Positions 55,936-64,000 of a stretch of 64,000 bases of DNA are shown here, in pieces (position 1 is the first letter of the stretch; every line of letters begins with the position of its first letter). The notes beneath the pieces were generated by a model that worked only from the letters and a program-made list of their open reading frames with translations, was not told where the DNA came from and did no database searches. The stretch is from assembly GCA_000146045.2 (NCBI GenBank), contig BK006947.3, positions 544,001-608,000 on the forward strand, given 5' to 3'. Source of the stretch: TPA_inf: Saccharomyces. Its lineage: Eukaryota. A program made the position numbers and the translations under genes.

Positions 55936-57774
55936 TCACTGATGTACAAAAGTTGAGAGCCATTTTCGTAACCAGCTTTTTGTCCCACGCTCAGAAGGAT
56001 GCATTGGTACGGTCACTTCGATATTCCTTCTTTGTGAGTGGAGCCAGAGCTTTTTATTAGTTTTTAGTTCAGTTGCTGTGCGAGACTCACGAACAAGTAG
56101 CAGCCGGCATGGTTTAGATGGTTCTGGCACGGTAAGCTGAGGAGCGCTATTATTATTGCGGGTACTACAGTCATTAGAAGATGGAATGGATTCCTTGCAT
56201 ATGTCTATCAGTGCCTGAAACGCCCTCTCAATGAGGGAGGTGTCAGGACTCAAAATTAAGGATTGTTCGGCGGGATGCGGTAAGCCTTCGTATACTAGGT
56301 TGTTGGACGGAAAAATCTGATACGGCTTGATCTGAATGTTAGGATCGACCTTACTGTCTAAAGTATCGAGAGTGATGTTTCCTTTTCGGTTTAAAGACTT
56401 CTTCTCGCCGACATCGAGAGAAAAATGAATGTGATCAAGAACCAGATCTATTTCTCTTTGTGTGTTTTTCCAGGGACAAGAAATGGAGTAGGGCTCAATC
56501 CTCTGGAAACCTTCGTATTTGTATTGGTATGAATAAAAACGGCACTCTGCTTCCTCCATAAGTTGGTCGTAGCTGGGCATTGTATCGAAGTTGAAGGGTC
56601 TCTTCCAGAATGGAATACTTTTATTTGAAGGGTTGTAGTACCTTCTGGGCTCAGATTGTTCGTCTAAAAGCAGGTATTGAACAGCTATCATCTTGCGCTC
56701 AAATTTAAATTCGAGGGAATCGTAGTCAATGTTCTTTGTACTTCTCAGAAAGAGTGGACAGTATTTTCCCATTTTGCTTTCAAACCAGTTCTGTGGCCTG
56801 TCAAGGTACTGTTGCATGTATGAAGGAACTACAGTAGTCAACGTGTGGTTAGACTGGGAAAATTCCGCTGTGGACACGACGCTGCAGCTTATATTTTGAT
56901 TGCAGGGAGCAGGAGCGCAGGCATCTTGTTTAGATTTTCGGCTTGGATAATGTTTGTGGTGATCAGTGGAATTTGTTGGGCAGTAAATTTCAGTTGGAAT
57001 GATAGATTCATTCGTCTCTTTTGTTCTGGAGTCCTTGGTGCGGCGGAAATCAAAGCAAGTCACTTCTGCGTTAAGCGATGCGAAATTGCCGTCTGGAAAT
57101 GACGATATGTGTGGAGAATGAGGAGGATTCCATGACGAATAAACTGATGAGGATGTGCTAACAGATGAGGTTAGTGAGGGTACCGATTCGTTGTTTTCTG
57201 ATGCAGAGTCTGTTGTGGGAGATGTGGTAGCGTTATTTCTTTGCACAAGAGAAGATGGGAGCATAGCACGGTTGTGGGAGGAGGAAGAAAACATCACGTT
57301 GCAAGTATCGTTTACGGAGTGGGATAAGAGGTAGGAGGTTGTCATAGCGGTGCTTTCTTCCTGATGCATGGCAGAAGAAGTTGGCAGTAATTCGTTTATT
57401 ATGGTGACATTGTCGTGATTAGAAAGGACTGTCTCTTTTACCATTGCCTCGGGTATGTTTTTTGGCGCCTGCCTTGAACTTACTCCAGAACAAGCCTCAG
57501 CAGAAGAATGACCGGAATGATTCCTCTTATACACGTTCCAGAGTGGAGCATTCTTGACATCATAAAAAAAGTTGCTGACAGGATCTTTGGACTGGTTGAC
57601 GTTAAGTGGTTCCGTAGCTGGTCTGATGTTTTCTTGTACGGTATCACTGACGGCTGAGAAACCTTCAGAGGAACCGTTTTCGGGAACAGACTTGGAGGAT
57701 TGCAAATTAAGCCATTGAAAGTCTAGCCCAACCTTGTTGCAGAAGGCCTTGAACTCCTGGAAAGATGTAGACAT
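55936..57774 (-). CDS. Paralog of the 26477-28315 ORF, a Ser/Thr-rich protein of unknown function.
   Basis: 612/618-aa product with scattered substitutions relative to the left-arm copy (S-to-N, T-to-A, G-to-R and others). The position corresponds to YNL018C. Confidence 0.75.
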   Translation of the reverse strand: MSTSFQEFKAFCNKVGLDFQWLNLQSSKSVPENGSSEGFSAVSDTVQENIRPATEPLNVNQSKDPVSNFFYDVKNAPLWNVYKRNHSGHSSAEACSGVSSRQAPKNIPEAMVKETVLSNHDNVTIINELLPTSSAMHQEESTAMTTSYLLSHSVNDTCNVMFSSSSHNRAMLPSSLVQRNNATTSPTTDSASENNESVPSLTSSVSTSSSVYSSWNPPHSPHISSFPDGNFASLNAEVTCFDFRRTKDSRTKETNESIIPTEIYCPTNSTDHHKHYPSRKSKQDACAPAPCNQNISCSVVSTAEFSQSNHTLTTVVPSYMQQYLDRPQNWFESKMGKYCPLFLRSTKNIDYDSLEFKFERKMIAVQYLLLDEQSEPRRYYNPSNKSIPFWKRPFNFDTMPSYDQLMEEAECRFYSYQYKYEGFQRIEPYSISCPWKNTQREIDLVLDHIHFSLDVGEKKSLNRKGNITLDTLDSKVDPNIQIKPYQIFPSNNLVYEGLPHPAEQSLILSPDTSLIERAFQALIDICKESIPSSNDCSTRNNNSAPQLTVPEPSKPCRLLLVRESRTATELKTNKKLWLHSQRRNIEVTVPMHPSERGTKSWLRKWLSTFVHQ

Positions 57775-58311
57775 TATGTGGGCGAAAAACAAAATTAGAC
57801 CAACGCTTTAGCAAATTTTTTCAACCTCAAATTGATATTTGAAGATTAGATCGGATGGTTTTTTTTCCTGTGGTGTAGGCCAAGCTTAAACAAGGTTTTA
57901 AGTGAAAGTGGAAATAATTGTGATAAACATGCGGAAAGAGTGCCAGCCTTAAATAATTCCGCATTGTTGCTATGTCGTTTTGTTTTTGTTTTTGTTTTCG
58001 TCTTATTGGTATTTGTTCATTTTACGACCACAAAGGATCCAGGGCTTCTACTTGCACAGGGAGGGTTGCTTGGTTAATACAATGCAAAGGTCAGAGATAT
58101 TAAGATTTGTGAAGGGTGCATTCAATGAGTTTTTCCTTTAATGTGCCCTAGAAAGGAAGTAGTACGAACATTTCTCAGTCGGAGTTTGCCGGAAATTCGA
58201 ATGACAGTGTAAGTTGATTTTTGTGGCACAGAGATAATGAGCGGTGGTTCTGGCACACATTTGTGACGTTGGTTTGATAGTGTGGAGGGAGGGTGAAAAA
58301 CAGATAACAAT

Positions 58312-58385
58312 GGTCTCTTGGCCCAGTTGGTTAAGGCACCGTGCTAATAACGCGGGGATCAGCGGTTCGATCCCGCTAGAGACCA
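58312..58385 (+). tRNA. tI(AAU)N2: tRNA-Ile(AAU), second copy, in the right arm of the inverted repeat.
   Basis: Identical to the 74-nt sequence of the 25867-25940 copy, in opposite orientation. Confidence 0.9.
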
Positions 58386-58906
58386 TTCTTTTTTTACATT
58401 TCTCGCAATGTGATTTATTTTGCTTACCCTTCCCACTGCCGTTACAAGGGAGGTGAACGAAGAGGCTTGTTAGCATAAGGTTTACGCGTTGCGGTTGTAA
58501 GCACAATGTTCTTACTAAACCTCTGAAGATTAATTATCCTAACGTATACTAATTAATTCAAAGAGAATATTTACTCGTTCTCTTTTCATCATTTTGTAAC
58601 ATAATTCTTTACGTATTTTCACTTCGTACTTTTTTCAACTTTTTTTGCCTTCGCTTCTTTTTTGTTGTAATTTTTCAATTTTTTTTTTTCATCGTTGGCC
58701 GTCTTTCCTTGTCCTTCATTTTCCTCTCGTAATAATCATTCAACTACGGTAAAGCATGCCTTTCCTTTTTTCTACTCTGCAGTTATTTTCATAATATCTA
58801 CTGTTTCCATTTCGTGCTTTAAGTTAGAGTTTAATCTTCCCTTCTATCATCTTAATAGCAGGTTCATAATAAGAAGATTACCACATCTACTCTTTGTTCG
58901 ATTCCA

Positions 58907-60268
58907 ATGTCTGAAAATAACGAAGAACAACATCAACAACAACAACAACAGCAACCTGTTGCCGTCGAAACTCCCTCGGCAGTTGAAGCTCCAGCATCAG
59001 CAGATCCTTCTTCTGAACAGAGCGTCGCTGTCGAAGGCAATTCTGAACAAGCTGAAGACAATCAGGGTGAAAATGATCCTTCCGTAGTTCCTGCTAATGC
59101 TATTACCGGTGGTAGGGAAACTTCCGATAGAGTTTTATATGTTGGTAACCTAGACAAAGCTATCACCGAAGACATTTTAAAGCAATATTTCCAAGTTGGC
59201 GGACCAATTGCTAACATCAAAATCATGATCGATAAGAATAATAAGAACGTCAATTACGCTTTTGTTGAATACCATCAATCTCACGATGCCAATATTGCCT
59301 TACAAACATTGAACGGCAAACAAATTGAAAACAACATTGTCAAAATCAACTGGGCCTTCCAATCCCAACAGAGTTCCTCCGATGATACATTTAACTTGTT
59401 TGTCGGTGATTTGAATGTTAATGTTGATGACGAAACTTTAAGGAATGCCTTCAAAGACTTCCCATCCTACTTGAGTGGTCATGTTATGTGGGACATGCAA
59501 ACTGGTAGTTCAAGAGGTTACGGTTTTGTTTCCTTTACTTCTCAAGATGATGCACAAAATGCCATGGACAGCATGCAAGGTCAAGATTTGAATGGTAGAC
59601 CGCTAAGAATCAACTGGGCTGCTAAGCGTGATAACAATAACAATAATAATTATCAACAGCGTCGTAACTACGGTAACAACAACCGTGGTGGTTTCCGTCA
59701 ATATAACAGTAACAACAATAACAACATGAATATGGGGATGAATATGAACATGAATATGAATATGAACAACAGCAGGGGCATGCCACCAAGTTCAATGGGA
59801 ATGCCAATTGGCGCCATGCCATTACCATCTCAAGGCCAACCCCAACAATCCCAGACCATTGGTTTACCTCCTCAAGTAAATCCTCAAGCTGTTGACCACA
59901 TCATTAGAAGTGCCCCACCAAGAGTTACTACTGCCTATATCGGTAATATTCCGCACTTTGCCACTGAAGCTGATTTAATTCCGTTGTTCCAGAACTTCGG
60001 TTTTATTTTAGATTTCAAGCACTATCCAGAAAAGGGCTGTTGCTTCATAAAGTATGACACTCATGAACAGGCCGCTGTTTGTATTGTTGCCTTGGCAAAC
60101 TTCCCATTTCAAGGCAGAAACTTGAGAACCGGTTGGGGTAAGGAAAGATCAAATTTTATGCCACAGCAGCAGCAACAGGGCGGTCAGCCACTTATAATGA
60201 ATGACCAACAACAACCGGTTATGTCTGAGCAACAACAGCAACAGCAGCAACAGCAGCAACAACAATAA
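58907..60268 (+). CDS. PUB1: Poly(A)/poly(U)-binding protein (TIA-1 homolog) with three RRMs plus a Q/N/M-rich prion-like region.
   Basis: 453-aa ORF. RNP1/RNP2 motifs are present (LYVGNL, YAFVEY, LFVGDL, GYGFVSF, AYIGNI, CCFIKY). A low-complexity NNNNNYQQRRNYGNNNRGG...NMNMGMNMNMNMNMNN segment and a C-terminal polyQ are also present. Confidence 0.9.
   Translation: MSENNEEQHQQQQQQQPVAVETPSAVEAPASADPSSEQSVAVEGNSEQAEDNQGENDPSVVPANAITGGRETSDRVLYVGNLDKAITEDILKQYFQVGGPIANIKIMIDKNNKNVNYAFVEYHQSHDANIALQTLNGKQIENNIVKINWAFQSQQSSSDDTFNLFVGDLNVNVDDETLRNAFKDFPSYLSGHVMWDMQTGSSRGYGFVSFTSQDDAQNAMDSMQGQDLNGRPLRINWAAKRDNNNNNNYQQRRNYGNNNRGGFRQYNSNNNNNMNMGMNMNMNMNMNNSRGMPPSSMGMPIGAMPLPSQGQPQQSQTIGLPPQVNPQAVDHIIRSAPPRVTTAYIGNIPHFATEADLIPLFQNFGFILDFKHYPEKGCCFIKYDTHEQAAVCIVALANFPFQGRNLRTGWGKERSNFMPQQQQQGGQPLIMNDQQQPVMSEQQQQQQQQQQQQ
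59725..59768 (+). repeat. (ATGAAY)n hexanucleotide repeat encoding the (NM)n tract of PUB1.
   Basis: aacatgaatatggggatgaatatgaacatgaatatgaatatgaac. Confidence 0.8.
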
Positions 60269-61383
60269 ATATTATGAAGAAAAGTGGAATGAAACAAAAA
60301 GAAAGAATAAAGAGAGGCAACCTACAAATCCCAAGATAAAATAAAAAAAGAACGACAAGAATCCATTCATTATATTATACTATTTTTAAAAAAAAAATTA
60401 CTACGAAAAAGGGAGAGAAAAAGAAGAAGAAACTCAATTTACTATTGCTCGAAAAATAAAAGGGCCTATAAACTTACTCTATTTTTTTAGTTTTTCTGTG
60501 TCTTATTTCCTTCCTTCGTCACTGTTTAATTTTTAATACTATTATTTTCCTTTAAAATGTGAAAGTCATTGCTAATAGTGTGATAAAAATAAAGAACGTA
60601 TTTTCTGAAGGCTTTCTTTATTATATTTCCTTTTTCCTTTCTTACCCTATTTTTTTTAAACATCCATCCCACTGTATTTTGTCGAGTCCATATATATAAT
60701 TTTTGTTTTTATTTTTTACAACTTTTGTTAAGTATATAAAAATGCTACCTAGCGTTATGGAGACATGTCAGTCTTGAGTCCAGGCACATAAAGGCAACAG
60801 CCACTACCACTGCGCACCCGTGACGCTGCTCCAACGTTCTCATTAAGTACGGAACTGTGTTTCGAACAAAAGAATGGCTGTTAAGACCAAAAAAAAGGCA
60901 GCTTAACAGGAACCCGGCTGGTTCCACAGGACTTTTCTTTCTTTAGGGAAAGGTTGTGAAAATGACAACCAAAAAGTCGCGACGCCAAATATCAAAAACC
61001 TAGATGATATTACTTCGTCTGCCAAACACCTCCTTTCCCTCTATCCAGCCCTTATTTTTTTTCCAAGAGCTTCATATGCACGCCCGAATCATTTCGAATC
61101 GCGTACGTGGCAGGTTGTGGCTGGCATCTTTCCCAAAAGGAAACGGACCAATACCACGCATCCCCGAGCTCTTGGTCTTTCTTTATCTTGCATAGCCCAA
61201 AAAATAAAATGGGGCGGGAAAAAGGGGGCATATCAGAGCATCGGGAACTTCTTTCAATGCAATATATATGGCACATATAAAAAATTCTGGCTTCATTATG
61301 TTAGGTGCAGAGATTCCGTTTAGACCAATTGAACGGTAACCAGAAGGTAATCTTAAATATACAAACAAAAAACAAGGTCCATA

Positions 61384-61611
61384 ATGACAAAGAATTTCAT
61401 CGTCACTTTGAAAAAGAACACTCCAGATGTGGAAGCTAAGAAGTTCTTGGATTCAGTTCATCACGCAGGTGGCTCTATTGTACACGAATTCGACATCATT
61501 AAAGGGTACACCATCAAGGTACCAGATGTTCTCCACTTGAACAAGTTGAAGGAAAAGCACAATGATGTCATCGAGAACGTCGAAGAAGACAAAGAAGTTC
61601 ATACAAATTGA
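61384..61611 (+). CDS. PBI2: Cytosolic inhibitor of vacuolar proteinase B, 75 aa.
   Basis: MTKNFIVTLKKNTPDVEAKKFLDSVHHAGGSIVHEFDIIKGYTIKVPDVLHLNKLKEKHNDVIENVEEDKEVHTN. It has a subtilisin-propeptide-like fold. Confidence 0.85.
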   Translation: MTKNFIVTLKKNTPDVEAKKFLDSVHHAGGSIVHEFDIIKGYTIKVPDVLHLNKLKEKHNDVIENVEEDKEVHTN

Positions 61612-61718
61612 TTCCTGAGATAAACGCAAACACTTTTTTACTCGGAAATTTTCTCTCCCCGATTGTAAATTTATTTCTCGTCTACTATAATAATTCACCA
61701 AAAAACAGCAGAGCACGT

Positions 61719-61720
<2 letters not shown>

Positions 61721-61758
<38 letters not shown>

Positions 61759-61760
61759 TA
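61721..61760. repeat. (TA)n dinucleotide microsatellite between PBI2 and HEF3. Further (AT)n/(TATATA) runs occur at about 62140-62190.
   Basis: tatatatatatatatatatatatatata is seen directly. Confidence 0.8.
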
Positions 61761-62318
61761 TATACGAATATATTTATGACAGTCTAAATCGTTGCTCCTG
61801 TTCAATTTTAACGCTCTTTTATAACTGCTGTGGCGCCATTTCTTTGGCATCTAAGATGTGTCTCGGGACTTTCTTTTTCTGGTCATCTTGCTTTCCTTGC
61901 CTTGTCATTAACAGAGCTAAACTGTGTTGAGGAAGTGGTCTTTTAAATTTTCAAGGTCGCGGCCCGTGCATTGCGCGGCTGGATGTCTTTTAGGGGAGCG
62001 ATGCGCTTGCACAAAAGAATAGCCTTGATTTCCGCTATTAATGGGTATATTCTTCTAACAATTTGAGTTTTTTCTCCACTTGTTTCTTTCTTCTTTCTCT
62101 TTTCCATTCACATTTTGCTTTACTTTTCTGGATAATATATATGTGCATATATATATATCCATTTAAATATATATATATATATATCTTTTGTCCTCCTCTC
62201 CAGTTACTTTTGCGCCAGAAATTCCTTCTTCTTTTCAATCTAATAGAGAAGGGTAGATAGTGTGGTGCAAAAAAAGAGCCTTTTAAACCAAAAATAAATA
62301 AAAAAAAGGAATCACAAA

Positions 62319-64000
62319 ATGTCAGATTCACAACAATCAATCACCGTTCTAGAAGAGCTTTTCCGAAAGTTGGAAACTGCTACTTCAGAAACAAGAGAGG
62401 GTATTTCTTCGGAGCTTTCCTCATTTTTAAACGGGAACATCATCGAGCATGACGTTCCCGAAGTTTTTTTTGATGAATTTCAAAAAGCTATCCAGAGTAA
62501 ACAAAAGGCGCTCAACACGCTGGGTGCGGTGGCTTACATAGCAAATGAAACTAATCTATCACCTTCTGTTGAACCGTACATAGTTGCGACGGTCCCTTCT
62601 GTATGCAGTAAAGCTGGTAGTAAAGATAATGATGTTCAACTTGCGGCAACAAAGGCCCTCAAAGCCATCGCTAGTGCTGTTAACCCGGTTGCCGTTAAAG
62701 CACTCTTACCTCATTTGATTCATTCGCTGGAAACTAGCAACAAGTGGAAAGAGAAGGTTGCTGTTCTCGAAGTAATCTCTGTATTGGTAGATGCCGCTAA
62801 AGAACAGATTGCCTTAAGAATGCCGGAACTAATTCCCGTTCTTTCGGAATCCATGTGGGACACTAAGAAAGGAGTTAAGGAGGCGGCAACGACAACCATC
62901 ACAAAGGCAACTGAAACTGTTGATAATAAGGATATTGAGAGATTTATTCCAAAATTAATCGAATGTATTGCAAATCCAAATGAGGTGCCTGAAACCGTTC
63001 ATCTCTTGGGTGCAACTACTTTTGTAGCCGAAGTAACTCCAGCGACTTTGTCTATTATGGTTCCTTTATTGAGCAGAGGTTTAGCCGAGAGAGAAACCTC
63101 TATAAAACGTAAAGCTGCGGTTATTATCGATAATATGTGTAAATTGGTTGAAGACCCGCAAGTTGTTGCTCCATTCTTAGGTAAACTACTACCAGGGCTA
63201 AAGAACAATTTTGCTACTATTGCTGATCCTGAAGCGCGTGAAGTTACATTAAAAGCTTTAAAAACCCTGAGACGTGTGGGTAATGTCGGGGAAGATGATG
63301 TGTTACCAGAAATATCGCATGCTGGTGATGTTTCCACAACACTGGGCGTCATCAAGGAATTACTGGAACCTGAAAAAGTGGCCCCAAGGTTCACCATTGT
63401 GGTTGAGTACATAGCCGCGATTGCCGCAAATCTAATTGATGAAAGGATCATTGATCAGCAAACGTGGTTTACACATGTTACACCTTATATGACTATATTT
63501 TTACATGAGAAAACTGCAAAGGAAATACTAGACGATTTCAGGAAAAGGGCAGTAGATAATATTCCAGTTGGACCGAATTTCCAAGACGAAGAGGATGAGG
63601 GTGAAGATTTGTGTAATTGTGAATTTTCCTTGGCATATGGTGCCAAAATATTACTAAACAAGACTCAATTGAGGTTGAAGCGAGGTAGGAGATATGGTCT
63701 ATGTGGTCCTAATGGTGCCGGAAAATCCACTCTAATGCGATCCATTGCTAATGGCCAAGTTGACGGGTTCCCCACTCAGGATGAATGTCGCACTGTTTAT
63801 GTGGAACACGATATCGATAATACACATTCGGACATGTCCGTTTTAGATTTTGTATATTCCGGCAATGTAGGAACTAAGGATGTTATTACCTCGAAATTAA
63901 AGGAGTTTGGGTTCAGCGATGAAATGATAGAAATGCCAATTGCATCCCTATCTGGAGGTTGGAAAATGAAATTAGCTTTGGCGAGGGCTGTTCTGAAGGA
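62319..64000 (+). CDS. HEF3: Translation elongation factor 3 paralog (ABC-F ATPase). Only the 5' part is present, because the CDS is open to the window end.
   Basis: MSDSQQSITVLEELFRKLETATSETREG..., HEAT-repeat N-domain, followed by a Walker A GPNGAGKST at about 63700. No stop codon occurs before position 64000, which is why it is absent from the ORF track. Confidence 0.85.
   Translation, partial: MSDSQQSITVLEELFRKLETATSETREGISSELSSFLNGNIIEHDVPEVFFDEFQKAIQSKQKALNTLGAVAYIANETNLSPSVEPYIVATVPSVCSKAGSKDNDVQLAATKALKAIASAVNPVAVKALLPHLIHSLETSNKWKEKVAVLEVISVLVDAAKEQIALRMPELIPVLSESMWDTKKGVKEAATTTITKATETVDNKDIERFIPKLIECIANPNEVPETVHLLGATTFVAEVTPATLSIMVPLLSRGLAERETSIKRKAAVIIDNMCKLVEDPQVVAPFLGKLLPGLKNNFATIADPEAREVTLKALKTLRRVGNVGEDDVLPEISHAGDVSTTLGVIKELLEPEKVAPRFTIVVEYIAAIAANLIDERIIDQQTWFTHVTPYMTIFLHEKTAKEILDDFRKRAVDNIPVGPNFQDEEDEGEDLCNCEFSLAYGAKILLNKTQLRLKRGRRYGLCGPNGAGKSTLMRSIANGQVDGFPTQDECRTVYVEHDIDNTHSDMSVLDFVYSGNVGTKDVITSKLKEFGFSDEMIEMPIASLSGGWKMKLALARAVLK

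Larger units (their letters stand above)
54159..58419. repeat. Right arm (about 4.26 kb) of the inverted duplication. Its partner is at 25835-30070.
   Basis: See the left-arm entry. This arm contains YNL019C, YNL018C and the second tI(AAU). Confidence 0.85.

Noticed and set aside
58138-58506. 122-aa minus-strand ORF overlapping tI(AAU)N2. Related frames occur at 25733-26114.
   Set aside because: It overlaps a tRNA gene on the opposite strand. Its conservation between arms is explained by the duplication itself.
59622-59828. 68-aa Cys/Tyr-rich minus-strand ORF.
   Set aside because: It is the antisense reading of the PUB1 AAC/AAT/ATG low-complexity repeats.
62999-63451. 150-aa minus-strand ORF.
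   Set aside because: It is antisense to the well-supported HEF3 coding region.

Overview
This window is Saccharomyces cerevisiae nuclear DNA from the left arm of chromosome XIV, roughly YNL045W to YNL014W. Gene order and protein sequences match LAP2 (3' end), YIP3, BOP3, COG6, YNL040W, BDP1, GPI15, IDH1, NCE103, YNL035C, YNL034W, YNL033W, SIW14, HHT2, HHF2, KTR5, CRZ1, SAM50, SSN8, KSH1, EFM6, FAP1, RCM1, HDA1, ARK1, YNL019C, YNL018C, PUB1, PBI2 and the 5' part of HEF3. Non-coding genes not visible in the ORF track are two intron-containing tRNA-Pro(UGG) genes, tRNA-Thr(AGU), two tRNA-Ile(AAU) genes, the RNase MRP RNA NME1, and a C/D-box snoRNA candidate (probably snR66). There is a dense retroelement cluster upstream of the tRNA genes. 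It consists of a Ty3 sigma solo LTR inserted next to an older, diverged sigma-like copy, a 371-bp tau-like solo LTR, delta fragments, and a full-length 5.96-kb Ty2 element. The Ty2 element has 5-bp target-site duplications, but the first codons of its TYA gene are frameshifted. A roughly 4.2-kb inverted duplication (arms at about 25.8-30.1 kb and 54.2-58.4 kb) carries tI(AAU) and the paralog pairs YNL034W/YNL018C and YNL033W/YNL019C. It brackets a 24-kb segment running from SIW14 to ARK1. I found no prokaryote-style defence system and no CRISPR array, since this is a eukaryotic chromosome. The most interesting signals are the structural and retroelement architecture, the ncRNA genes, and a few regulatory motif clusters. 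Printed position labels around 35.5-36.0 kb are internally inconsistent by 10 nt (line 35941 shows only 50 nt), so the CRZ1 start carries a +/-10 nt uncertainty.
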